This document shows positions 30,001 through 37,675 of a stretch of 64,000 nucleotides of DNA, piece after piece. The notes under the pieces were generated by a model. That model saw only the letters and a list, made by a program, of their open reading frames with translations. It was not told the origin of the DNA and made no database searches. The stretch covers positions 45,660 to 109,659 of the forward strand of contig JBGUZU010000033.1 of the NCBI GenBank assembly GCA_045223915.1, in the 5' to 3' direction. The translations under genes were made by a program, and so were the position numbers. Positions within the stretch are counted from its first letter, which is position 1. The number at the start of each line of letters is the position of its first letter. This stretch comes from Endomicrobiaceae bacterium (lineage in GTDB: Bacteria > Elusimicrobiota > Endomicrobiia > Endomicrobiales > Endomicrobiaceae).

Positions 30001-30992
30001 TTTCGTTGTCGGATATGAATGATAAACAAACTTATTCCGAAAATGCAACCGTATTATTTTATTTAGATAAAAATTCTGTTTCACCGGACAGTTTAACACC
30101 ATCCGATATGGCTAACATGATGAAAAGATTTGAAAAAGTTCAAACGGTTATAATTCCGGGATGGCTTGTGGATTTTGCCGAACATTCAAACGACGGTTTT
30201 AGTTTTAATCCCGTAAAATTTTTAAGAGCAAGACTCGGTAACAGAAGCACTATAGCTTCAACTATAGCGGAAGCTTTGGAAAAAGGAAGACTTTCCGCTA
30301 CGGAAAAAGGATATTATGTACAAGAAGAAAGTTTGGATGTTTTATACGGATTACTTTCGGCAGTAAGAAAAGGTGAAACTATCGACGATAAACTAATAGA
30401 AGCAGTACTAAATGTTTCCGTAAGTTATAAGTCGTTGTCCGGTACAACAAGGCAAATAAAACTTGCTGAAACACCGATAATAAAAGGGGAATTGCTTGAT
30501 GTTTTGGTTAATTATAAAAATGAGCAAAAAGGGAAAATAGTTTTGAAACAGTTTGGCGCTATAGTGCAAGGCATTCTTGAAACTTCCGAATTCAGAAAAT
30601 ATGTGAAGAAAAAATATTCCGATACGGACGATTTTGAAAACTATACTTTAGCATTGGTTGAAGCAAGGTTGTTATGCTTTGAATCGGGAATAGAAGTAAA
30701 AGAAAATTACGGTGAAAACGAAGTTCCGTATATAGATGCTTTGGAAAAAGTTACCGGAACAAAAATTGACGGTTTATCATCGGCTAACGATAGTGACAGG
30801 CCTTTAAGAGAGCATATAAATATTCTTTTTGAAATGGTAAATAATAATGAAACCGGTCCGAAAGATAAAGCAACAGCTTTGGCAGACTTGTTACAATTGT
30901 TTGCTATAGATGTTCAGGAAATTGATATTACGAAGATATTAACGAACAGTGATGAAGTAAAGAATATCAAAGCTATTCTTTCCGCTGCATAA
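24096..30992 (+). CDS. 2298-aa multidomain exported protein: signal/anchor + ~440-aa unknown module + 94-aa module + GlgX-type GH13 debranching core + second 94-aa module + ~680-aa unknown C-terminus
   Basis: Uninterrupted ORF with a hydrophobic N-terminus. GH13 regions are present: DVVDNHT, FRHDLMAA, VVAEGY, YMGSHDG. The GlgX-like N-domain reads GTNFGVYSKNAERIELCLFD...RYGFRAYGPYEP. Internal repeats lie at 26241-26522 and 28731-29012. Confidence 0.85.
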   Translation: MLLKKTLLNKCISVFITMGLILSSSGIGGFAAPTPVNSVYPTYVENVVPFNLGKVTNSTDFSTSKVIVQIQDLHGDYQTQKNIASILSYLDKNYGISNIYVEGAPQGKLSTKWLADISDNSTKKAFIEAMMSVGELSGAEYFSVTEGKTDILKGAENFSAYSANLVRLAEMKRNLAIVEAQLLPLQMQIESLGQKIYGKDNKKILALSQKYKKNAITTEKYFKTLFKFAHKYGISTDKYPQLSLFKQILSIRNKIDTDTISKETANAVNLLKKELSFAEYKALTELSKSPETKKIFYLELSKHLQKTKDYEKFPQIKLFSSYILLNSQTNPIDFVRQEEMFVNEMRNKSSKTLSEQEVLFMERFVSIFESLLQNKINYREYKNYNYAFSEFERILNKYIVSSNLDALKSSIDTAEKFYSVNTDRDEYFVKSIVIGNDKNTSKVKPVRNNNVENMLKTAAKIDVIISGGFHTAGISKLLEDKKQSYVVVTPETVGAISEYDKVYNSIITRQASMFERNAFDFIKKSAVFEMSPLSVDPVKAVFTIIFSEQTLRKLQANKMLDAKIIEDTINSGYGKKVVEIENIEINPDAIQINVNGQKLTIKNGKVFYENEPIEEEIPASVTETDISDGIAVQNAVIDFLILSVRHNVSNSEIDAVFDTLNKNYLNEQTINLLKNAAQKFSTEQRKYIETKIALIENNEGKPLLSIYKSSLASKIKFKPLSVAVENFYSIFIVPFKELNDMVSIVSGTMTQKDFLEKHKQYVNGDDNTRLVMERALDSIIKTTVMFGGNNILGKTVNYVLHMFHNAKAVASRSEIQFAKDKHITTSIYELMKRNGLGAIYDGQGTNFGVYSKNAERIELCLFDEQGNETRYEMTKNKKDVWNIYLPDVKPGQRYGFRAYGPYEPQNGHYFNPNKLAVDPFSFQQESRFVFDDSLIVCEKGNLYKPDTRDSAPFVPKSIVVDLRKLDSVETVKPPVLSESQRPVIYELHVGGFTALKQDLPQEKRGRLQGLADDDVIEHLKSIGINTVEVQPIQSDANDPYSHERGLRNNSGYQTVTFFALNPDFGDPSNPQENLITLKETIGKLSKNGIRFGMDVVDNHTGEGRAETDPSLCYRLLDNSTYYLLNPNNKAGYDDASGCGNAFNTNNPVVLNMMTKYKEMYALMGVRLFRHDLMAAAARNEETREFDPTSEYMQIFDNSPILSEIKEKEGIEVVAEGYMATGGVKGVRSYYTDDFHKDIFTWNSGIREAIRNFIMGRSGPGALAAAIANPNETGSRRQPYIYYMGSHDGHPYAQLLAVREKNNLDNGWNNNDGPNEYGMGLGYDNEHIGEYVAAAMTILSFCQGPVMFSMGDEFLRTQHGNNNPYNQSNEYLNMRWDNQAPLARYMGALAKYRLEHPSLDSSIGEPFSGKVVNKYGDQDITWLNPNGQEAQSQDWQEQYFGFMISGDRLNGYGIYDDDTVVLMNMSNTPIHWKLPSSQKTGPWRVYCSTRDLDLSEQGNEVYNNVYVVMPGEAVVLYKTDEQEPESEIEPLKTALTISYSTFIENIKFVPLKNALKAIYSIFVAPFSELSYMMSIVSGAMTQKEFLEKHKQFINGNEDLKLFMEQRLAFIIKATTLAGGTTITGKVVNYILHMFNNIEAVIYSFTEQIKSLIRNFTMKRQIKKLDTTTYVINASEYNNVVRRRAKELSDMGVKVAVIANYVDDNLFPENVKQDDSLGFTTAKMSTDKNTDVYFTSILSNADSTDIFDALSNNGRNRIIFEERVKESEQGEVLLGKTNNIIPVNPEMPVFENIEIALQSERSEERVKAMKKRPVNMDYVFEDELSSLESIQNRVAETASKNFDTIVVSSKLSIETLRTLIAEAHSKNIRVMLTHEITNNEMNSDVSYLLDKMSSSKYMLDKNDFVAVEGVILRFEKVDTNNSVAVQNVETAVNNIEKGLNVLTRSGYIGVQLDVENKFSDFKFRNEDIVNVSLSDMNDKQTYSENATVLFYLDKNSVSPDSLTPSDMANMMKRFEKVQTVIIPGWLVDFAEHSNDGFSFNPVKFLRARLGNRSTIASTIAEALEKGRLSATEKGYYVQEESLDVLYGLLSAVRKGETIDDKLIEAVLNVSVSYKSLSGTTRQIKLAETPIIKGELLDVLVNYKNEQKGKIVLKQFGAIVQGILETSEFRKYVKKKYSDTDDFENYTLALVEARLLCFESGIEVKENYGENEVPYIDALEKVTGTKIDGLSSANDSDRPLREHINILFEMVNNNETGPKDKATALADLLQLFAIDVQEIDITKILTNSDEVKNIKAILSAA

Positions 30993-31005
30993 AGCAATAA
31001 ATTGT

Positions 31006-31160
31006 TTATGAGCGGAACGGATTTATCTTTTAAATTATAACTTTGTATTTGTCTCAATCGAGTACCAATCGCTGACGCTTACTTTTACGTACACTTCATT
31101 CGCCAAATACTTTGTTATAATTTAAAACCTTGAAATCCTTTGAGAGTAAAAAACAACAAC
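31006..31160 (+). repeat. structured intergenic element, copy 2 (24-nt stem arms 31028-31051 / 31104-31127)
   Basis: Homologous to 17023..17162. It starts about 14 nt after the stop of the giant ORF. Confidence 0.75.
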
Positions 31161-31197
31161 TACAATAAGGTTTAGCTTATTATAAAAAGAGGTCACT

Positions 31198-31719
31198 ATG
31201 AAAAAAATATTATTTTTATTGGTAGCATTTATTGTTTTGATAGGTTGTTCGGGAAAAGTTGTTGAAGAAAAGCCTAAACTTATAGGTATGGCAAACCCGT
31301 GGACAGATTGTGGAACAAATTTTAGTCAAGCAGCTCAAATTGCAGGTTTTACTTTTCCGTTAAAACTTTCAAGCTGTGATGTCAGAGCAATGAAAAATAT
31401 GATAGAAATAAATTATCCGTTGGATGATACAAGAACGGTTTGTGTTAGAAAAACCGCAACAGAAGAATTTTCCAATAATGGTGATATCAGTGGAGTATAT
31501 ACAGAATATCCGGTAAACGAAAAAATTATGCTAAAAGATGCTGTTCCTGTATATACAAGGGGAACAGGTGACAAAATTTATGTTATGAATATGGCTGCTT
31601 CAAACGGATATTATTCCGCTTACTGTAAAGATGGTATGAGTTTACAGGAAATAGAACAAATATACGAAATTATTGCCGAAGCCGAAACTTCGGAACTTTA
31701 TCCGCAAAATCAACAATGA
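31198..31719 (+). CDS. lipoprotein of unknown function
   Basis: MKKILFLLVAFIVLIGC lipobox. AGAGG RBS. Confidence 0.65.
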   Translation: MKKILFLLVAFIVLIGCSGKVVEEKPKLIGMANPWTDCGTNFSQAAQIAGFTFPLKLSSCDVRAMKNMIEINYPLDDTRTVCVRKTATEEFSNNGDISGVYTEYPVNEKIMLKDAVPVYTRGTGDKIYVMNMAASNGYYSAYCKDGMSLQEIEQIYEIIAEAETSELYPQNQQ

Positions 31720-32085
31720 TTATTGTATATTAAATATTCTTGCCAATTTCCAAGAAAAAACCAATTTTGTGCAGAGTTGAAAAAAGACAACCATAAGAGC
31801 GGCCTTTATGGATGCTCCGAACCCTTCAACACGGATAAGTTTTGTAATCTTTGAAAAAATGTATATTGCAAACATATATATGATAGGATAACAAAAAATA
31901 GTTAAAATTATATCAAGCTTAAAGAAATGTTCCAAAACAAATTGAAAAACAGTTATAAGTATTGAAAAGAAGAAAAGTTTTATAGCATCATAACGAATAC
32001 CGTTTACTATTGCCGCCGTAAGCATTATTGCTGCAAAGTTTGCTATCAAATAAGCTACAAAGTATATCATCATTGCTCTATTCAT
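31720..32085 (-). CDS. small integral membrane protein (possibly YvlD / holin-4_2-like)
   Basis: Four hydrophobic segments. The real start is probably the ATG at 32085 after GGAGGA, so the track's MEEKM prefix comes from an upstream TTG. The family guess is weak. Confidence 0.5.
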   Translation of the reverse strand: MNRAMMIYFVAYLIANFAAIMLTAAIVNGIRYDAIKLFFFSILITVFQFVLEHFFKLDIILTIFCYPIIYMFAIYIFSKITKLIRVEGFGASIKAALMVVFFQLCTKLVFSWKLARIFNIQ

Positions 32086-32117
32086 TTTTTCCTCCAAGAA
32101 GTTTTAATTTATACTAA

Positions 32118-32384
32118 TTATATAATTTTTTTTGCAATTAACAAATTTCTGTAGTATAAACAAATATCTACTAAAACCAATAAAAAATTGAACAAATATA
32201 AATAAAAAACACCATCCATATTATAAAAATATTTGTGTAATAAACCTGCGATATATCCCACTTCTACTACATACATAAATAAAAGACTTTTCCCTGCATT
32301 TTGTTTTGAAGTGTAACTTTTATAAATTGAAAAAGGCCATGCGCTTGCAAAACATAATAACATCAATATTTCAAAATGACTCAT
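32118..32384 (-). CDS. small 3-TM membrane protein, unknown function
   Basis: Hydrophobic 88-aa product. The ATG at 32384 follows GGAAGA. Confidence 0.5.
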   Translation of the reverse strand: MSHFEILMLLCFASAWPFSIYKSYTSKQNAGKSLLFMYVVEVGYIAGLLHKYFYNMDGVFYLYLFNFLLVLVDICLYYRNLLIAKKII

Positions 32385-32408
32385 TTTTTCTTCCAATCCT
32401 CCATTCTT

Positions 32409-33647
32409 CTAATCTTCCAACTGTCCGGCCAAATAGCCGGTAGAAAATGCTGCCTGCAAATTAAATCCGCCTGTTGGTCCGTCTATATCTAAAATTTCTC
32501 CGCAAAAATAAAGATTTTCTATTAGCTTTGATTTCATTGTGCTTTGTTCCACTTCTTTTAACGAAATCCCGCCTTTTGTAATAATGGCTTCATCTATAGG
32601 TCTTGTAGAGATAATTTTGAATTTTGTACTTCTTAAACCGTCAAATATTTTTTTTCTTTTTTCTTTGTTTATTGCGGAACAAATTTCCGTCCACTTAATA
32701 TTATTTTTATCCATGAACGGTTCCATCATCTGTATAGGTAAAAGAGTTTTCAGCATATTTCTTACGGGTAAATTGCCGAAATTGTTTAACTCTCTTACAA
32801 GTCTGTCGTCTAACTGTTTGTCGTCTAAAGCAGGTTTTAAATTTACGGAAATTTCTACGGATTTTTTTTGTTCAAGCAACGAAAATACTTGCGAACTTAC
32901 CGTAAGAATTAAAGGGCCTGTTAACCCGAAAACAGTAAATTCTATTTCTCCGAACAATTTGGTTATGACTTTATTATTTGCCAAAACCGAAATTTCAATA
33001 TTTTTAAGTTTTAGTTTATTTAATTGTTTTAAATTTCTATCGTCGGATACTAAAGGAACAAGTGCAGGTTGCGGTTTTATTATTGTGTGTCCTACACTTT
33101 TTGCCAAATTGTAACCGTCACCGGTTGAACCGGTTAACGGATAAGATTTGCCGCCCGTTGCTAAAATAAATTTAGTTGCAGAATATTGTGTACCGTTTTT
33201 CAATAAAACACTTTCTATTTTTTTATCTTTACAAACAAATTTTGTTACTTCACTGCCTGTAACAATTTTTACATTGTTGTTCTTAACAAATTTTATTAAA
33301 GCATTTACCACATCGTGAGCATCATTGCTTTCGGGAAAATATCTTCCGCCTCTTTCCAAATTACATTTTACTCCTAACTCTTCAAAAAAGTTAATGGTAT
33401 CCGTATTAAAAAATTTGCTGAAAGCGCTATACAAAAATTTGCCGTTATTACCGAAATTATCGACAAACTCTTTTAAATCGGCACTGTTTGTAACATTGCA
33501 TCTGCCTTTACCGGTGATGGAAAGTTTTATTGCAGGTCTTGTTTTCTTTTCTAATAACAGAACGGATTTTCCTTGTTGCGCGGCAATACCCGCAGCAATA
33601 AGACCGGAAGCTCCCGCACCTATTACAATAACATCCGCATTATTCAT
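32409..33647 (-). CDS. BaiN/HI0933-family FAD-dependent oxidoreductase
   Basis: DVIVIGAGASGL dinucleotide fold, KLSITGKGRCNVTN, and C-terminal GGFNLQAAFSTG. These are the hallmarks of the HI0933-like flavoproteins. Confidence 0.8.
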   Translation of the reverse strand: MNNADVIVIGAGASGLIAAGIAAQQGKSVLLLEKKTRPAIKLSITGKGRCNVTNSADLKEFVDNFGNNGKFLYSAFSKFFNTDTINFFEELGVKCNLERGGRYFPESNDAHDVVNALIKFVKNNNVKIVTGSEVTKFVCKDKKIESVLLKNGTQYSATKFILATGGKSYPLTGSTGDGYNLAKSVGHTIIKPQPALVPLVSDDRNLKQLNKLKLKNIEISVLANNKVITKLFGEIEFTVFGLTGPLILTVSSQVFSLLEQKKSVEISVNLKPALDDKQLDDRLVRELNNFGNLPVRNMLKTLLPIQMMEPFMDKNNIKWTEICSAINKEKRKKIFDGLRSTKFKIISTRPIDEAIITKGGISLKEVEQSTMKSKLIENLYFCGEILDIDGPTGGFNLQAAFSTGYLAGQLED

Positions 33648-34203
33648 GATATTTTGATTTTAAATCTTTTAAAAGATTATCTATCTTTGAGTAAAGTAAA
33701 TTTATATCGTTTGTATCGTTAACAAAAACAAGGTCTGCCATTTTGCAACATAATGCAACTTGTTGACCCGAACCTGAAGATTGAGATTCTTTTTGTTCAA
33801 GTTCAATAAATTTTTCCAACGTTTGAGGATCGCCCGGTCTTTTTCTTTGTTGCATTCTGTCGAATCTTATTTTTTGAGGAGCATCCACATTTATTAAAAC
33901 GAAATTTTTTATAGTTTTGAATGTTTTTACTTCTTCACTGTGTCTTATGGAAGTAATACAATAATCTTTACCGTCTTCAAACTTTTTCATAACGGATTTT
34001 GCCAACACTCCGTTACCGTTATCTTGTCTTAACTGTGTTCCGAACTTTATTAAATTTTCTCTTGTAGGTTCTATACCCTGCTCTTTCATTAAAAGTCTTA
34101 TTTCGTCCGATAATGAAAAATGTGTAAAACCGTTATTTTTAACAATGTAGTCTGCAACTGTATCTTTACCTGAACAATACGATCCTGTTAATCCTATAAT
34201 CAT
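33640..34203 (-). CDS. P-loop nucleotide kinase-like protein (CoaE/dNMP-kinase-like)
   Basis: N-terminal IIGLTGSYCSGKDT P-loop. Size is about 187 aa. Substrate not assignable. Confidence 0.45.
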   Translation of the reverse strand: MIIGLTGSYCSGKDTVADYIVKNNGFTHFSLSDEIRLLMKEQGIEPTRENLIKFGTQLRQDNGNGVLAKSVMKKFEDGKDYCITSIRHSEEVKTFKTIKNFVLINVDAPQKIRFDRMQQRKRPGDPQTLEKFIELEQKESQSSGSGQQVALCCKMADLVFVNDTNDINLLYSKIDNLLKDLKSKYHE

Positions 34204-35501
34204 TTTTTCCCTGCCTGTGTTTGTGTATTAACTTTTTTTGTTTGTTGTTGAGTTGTTTGTTTTGTATTAGTAGCTTTTTCTGCTTGTTTATTAACTTCTT
34301 TTTTTTCTGTTTGTGGTGCAACCTGTTTTTTTTGAGTAGCAGTTTTTTCTACCGGTTTAGCGGTTTCTTTTATTTCAGGCTGTTGTTTAGTTTGTGATTG
34401 TTGTGTCGGCATAAGTGTATTGTTTTGTTCTGTCTGTTTATCAGATTCTTTTGTCTCTTTTTGTGTTGTATCACCAGATTGTATTTTTGTGTTGTTTTCT
34501 TTTGTTTGAAAAGGTATTGGTACCGATGGTGAAACAGTGCGATCTTTCTCTACTTGTTTACCGAACTTTATACTGAAAGAAAATCTGTGAGTCATTCCTA
34601 TATCACCATAGGGAACAAAAGCATAATCGAACACATAATCCAAATATTCTAAGCCGAATCCGAGATTTATCCAATTAAATCCGGGGATATCTTTGTTCCT
34701 TCCTTCGTAACCTGCTCTTAAATCAAAATTTAAGTTGTCCGCAATTTCAATGTTATATTCTGTTCCAACATTAACATACACTTCATTGTCGTTAGGAAAA
34801 TTTAAGTCTAAAGAAACTATCCAATCCTTAATGATACGATGAGAAGCTCCGATCTTGAATAATAAAGGCAACGATTCTGTCTCTTTATCGAATTTCATTT
34901 CGGTACCGAAATTTGTAAGTGCCGCACCTATAGCTGTGTTATCGGTTAAGTTGTATTTTGCACCTAAGTCTAAGGCTATTGCCGAAGCTGAATTTTCTAT
35001 TTTTGAATAAATGTATTTAAAATTTAAACCAAAATCCAAGTTTCCGTTACAGTTTGCATAAGATAGGTATAATGCCATATCTAAAGGAGATATTGAACCG
35101 TCGGAAACTTGTTGATTATCGATTTTATCTATACTTCCGTAAGAGACATATTGCATACCTAACCCGAAAACTCCGTATTCGGCAGTGGGCAAAACAAAGG
35201 CTAACCATTCATAGTTTACATCTTCAAACCATATTGTATGAGAAAAAGAAAGTTCTTTTTTCTCTGCATAGTTCAAGTTTGCAGGGTTCCAGTAAATGGC
35301 ATCCGTTCCGTTATAAACACTCGTAACGGCATTTCCCATACCGGCACTATGTGCTCCTATACCGAGTTTTAAAAATTGTGCGGTTGTTGATCCGATATCG
35401 TCTTTTGAAAAAAAGGCTTGTGCATTTGTATAAGAAAAGAAAACAAATGCGAAAACAATAAATAAACTTTTAATATATCTCATATTTTCATATTTTAACA
35501 T
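34200..35501 (-). CDS. PorV/PorQ-like outer-membrane beta-barrel protein with Q/T/K-rich C-terminal tail
   Basis: Signal peptide, then GARA-like patch LGIGAHSAGMGNA...DAIYWNPANL. Alternating beta-strand pattern, and the last ~110 aa are low-complexity. An alternative start lies at 35483. Confidence 0.5.
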   Translation of the reverse strand: MLKYENMRYIKSLFIVFAFVFFSYTNAQAFFSKDDIGSTTAQFLKLGIGAHSAGMGNAVTSVYNGTDAIYWNPANLNYAEKKELSFSHTIWFEDVNYEWLAFVLPTAEYGVFGLGMQYVSYGSIDKIDNQQVSDGSISPLDMALYLSYANCNGNLDFGLNFKYIYSKIENSASAIALDLGAKYNLTDNTAIGAALTNFGTEMKFDKETESLPLLFKIGASHRIIKDWIVSLDLNFPNDNEVYVNVGTEYNIEIADNLNFDLRAGYEGRNKDIPGFNWINLGFGLEYLDYVFDYAFVPYGDIGMTHRFSFSIKFGKQVEKDRTVSPSVPIPFQTKENNTKIQSGDTTQKETKESDKQTEQNNTLMPTQQSQTKQQPEIKETAKPVEKTATQKKQVAPQTEKKEVNKQAEKATNTKQTTQQQTKKVNTQTQAGKK

Positions 35502-35547
35502 ATTTTTTTAATATACAAAAGAAGATATTTTTTTGTATAATTAACAT

Positions 35548-36192
35548 ATGAGTAAATTTCAATTGTTAAAAGAAGATGTTCAAACTGTTTTTCAAAAAGA
35601 TCCTGCAGCAAGATCTTGGATAGAGGTCGTTTTATGCTATCCCGGACTTCATGCTATATGGTCGCACAGGTTTGCACATTATTTGTGGAAACATAAATTT
35701 TTCTTTATAGCAAGATTATTATCACATATAACGAGATTTTTTACCGGTATAGAAATTCATCCCGGAGCAAAAATAGGAAGACGATTTTTTATCGATCACG
35801 GTATGGGAATCGTTATAGGGGAAACTACTGAAATCGGTAACGATGTTTTGTTGTATAAAGGTGTTGTTTTAGGCGGGACATCGTTAGAAAAAACTAAAAG
35901 ACATCCTACTTTAGGTAATAATATAATCGTAGGTTCAAATGCTATTGTTATGGGTGCAATTACTATCGGAGATAATGCCAGAATAGGTGCGGCGTCCGTT
36001 GTAACTCACAGCGTTCCGGCAAATGCCACGGCTGTAGGTATTCCCGCAAGAGTAAGTATGGGAAATACTCAAGATGAAATTAACAAATTGGAACATTCCA
36101 AACTTCCCGATCCTGTTGCCGATGCAATGAAATATGTTCTTAACGAACAAAGAAAACTCGAAGAAAGAATTAACAAATTAGAAAAAAAATAA
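35548..36192 (+). CDS. cysE: serine O-acetyltransferase
   Basis: [25 protein letters not shown]-domain and [17 protein letters not shown] hexapeptide region. Confidence 0.85.
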   Translation: MSKFQLLKEDVQTVFQKDPAARSWIEVVLCYPGLHAIWSHRFAHYLWKHKFFFIARLLSHITRFFTGIEIHPGAKIGRRFFIDHGMGIVIGETTEIGNDVLLYKGVVLGGTSLEKTKRHPTLGNNIIVGSNAIVMGAITIGDNARIGAASVVTHSVPANATAVGIPARVSMGNTQDEINKLEHSKLPDPVADAMKYVLNEQRKLEERINKLEKK

Positions 36193-36240
36193 TATGAGAT
36201 TATAGCTTAAAGCTTACAGCTTATAGTTTGAACGACAGAA

Positions 36241-36990
36241 CTACAATGTTGCTGCTAACATTTTGTATTGGTCTAATGTAAGCTTATCGGGACGAAGCAT
36301 TACATCAATATTGTTATTCGTTAAAATTTGTGCGGTTTGAGTTTTGTCCAACTTTAAAAATGTCGATAAACAATTCAAAATGGTTTTCCTTCTCATAGTA
36401 AAACAATGTTTTATTAACGGGAACAATTTTATATTCGGTTCTTGAGGATATTTGTTATAAAATTTTGCTACAGCCGACATAACTTGCGGTTTCGGATTAA
36501 AACATCCCGGTGGTACATCAAACAAAAACTCCGAATCGGCATAATATTGCCTGAATAAAGAAATATATCCGTAATCTTTAGTTCCTTCGTTACTAATAAG
36601 TCTTGTAATAACATCTTTCTGTAACATTATTACGCCGGAAACAAAATTTTTGTTCGGTAAAAATTTTTGAACTATTGCCGTTCCGACATTGTAAGGAAGA
36701 TTTGCAACAATTTTGAATTTTGTGTCGGGTAAATCAAACTTTAAAAAGTCTCTGTTAATTATCGTTATATTTTTGTTGTCTTTATATTTCGTTTGTAATG
36801 CTTGAGCCAAATCTGAATCAATATCAACCGCTATTAAATTATCGGTAAAATCTTTTAAAATGTCGGTAAGCGCAGCTTTACCCGGTCCGATTTCTATAAC
36901 GGTATCGGTTTTTTGTATATCTGCACTTTCAACTATTCTGTGAGCAATATTTTTATCTGTTAAAAAATTTTGTCCGTGCGGTTGTCTCAT
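36241..36990 (-). CDS. rsmA: 16S rRNA (adenine1518/1519-N6)-dimethyltransferase
   Basis: GQNFL..., VIEIGPGKAALT SAM motif, NLPYNV. Confidence 0.85.
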   Translation of the reverse strand: MRQPHGQNFLTDKNIAHRIVESADIQKTDTVIEIGPGKAALTDILKDFTDNLIAVDIDSDLAQALQTKYKDNKNITIINRDFLKFDLPDTKFKIVANLPYNVGTAIVQKFLPNKNFVSGVIMLQKDVITRLISNEGTKDYGYISLFRQYYADSEFLFDVPPGCFNPKPQVMSAVAKFYNKYPQEPNIKLFPLIKHCFTMRRKTILNCLSTFLKLDKTQTAQILTNNNIDVMLRPDKLTLDQYKMLAATL

Positions 36991-37102
36991 GTAAAAAAAC
37001 TCCGATTTTTGTTAACTAAATTCATTATATAAAATATCAAAAAATTTTGTAAAAGTATGCTATAATATTGCTGAGTAAAATTTTATTAAAAGGAGAACCA
37101 AA

Positions 37103-37666
37103 ATGCTTATTGCTTTAATAGTTTTGTTGGTATTAGTTGTTATTGCAGTTATCTTTTTGTGGTCGACTTATAACAGATTAATTTTGCTAAGAAACAGAAT
37201 GAAAGAAGCTTGGAGTGATATAGAAGTTTTATTAAAAAGAAGATACGATTTAATACCGAATTTAGTAGAGGTAGTTAAAGGTTATGCCGCACATGAAAAA
37301 TCTACTTTGGAAGCGGTTATAAAAGCAAGAAATATGGCTGTTTCCGCAAGTAACAAAACAATAGAAGAACAAGCTAAATCGGAAAACTTTTTGAGCGGAA
37401 CATTAAAATCTTTGTTTGCCGTAACAGAAAATTATCCGGATTTAAAAGCAAATGTAAACTTTTTGGAATTACAAAGAGAGCTTGTAGATACCGAGAACAA
37501 AATTCAATCTTCAAGAAGATTTTATAACACAAATGTTTTAGCATTAAACACTAAAATAGAAATGTTTCCAAGCAACATAATTGCAAATTTCTTCAATTTT
37601 GAAAAAGGTCAATTTTTCAATTTGGAAAACAAAGAAGAAAAAGAACCGGTTAAAGTATCATTTTAA
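37103..37666 (+). CDS. LemA family protein
   Basis: N-terminal TM, then YN.L..LRN...EAWSDIEV.LKRR.DLIPNLVE, a typical LemA signature. Confidence 0.85.
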   Translation: MLIALIVLLVLVVIAVIFLWSTYNRLILLRNRMKEAWSDIEVLLKRRYDLIPNLVEVVKGYAAHEKSTLEAVIKARNMAVSASNKTIEEQAKSENFLSGTLKSLFAVTENYPDLKANVNFLELQRELVDTENKIQSSRRFYNTNVLALNTKIEMFPSNIIANFFNFEKGQFFNLENKEEKEPVKVSF

Positions 37667-37675
37667 TAAATTATT

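Noticed and set aside
32086-32097. Shared MEEKM N-termini of the two small membrane proteins (also 32385..32396), which might suggest a conserved leader
   Set aside because: Both arise from TTGGAGGAAAAAATG and TTGGAAGAAAAAATG. The TTG was taken as the start, and the 'EEK' is simply the translated Shine-Dalgarno region. The true starts are the downstream ATGs.
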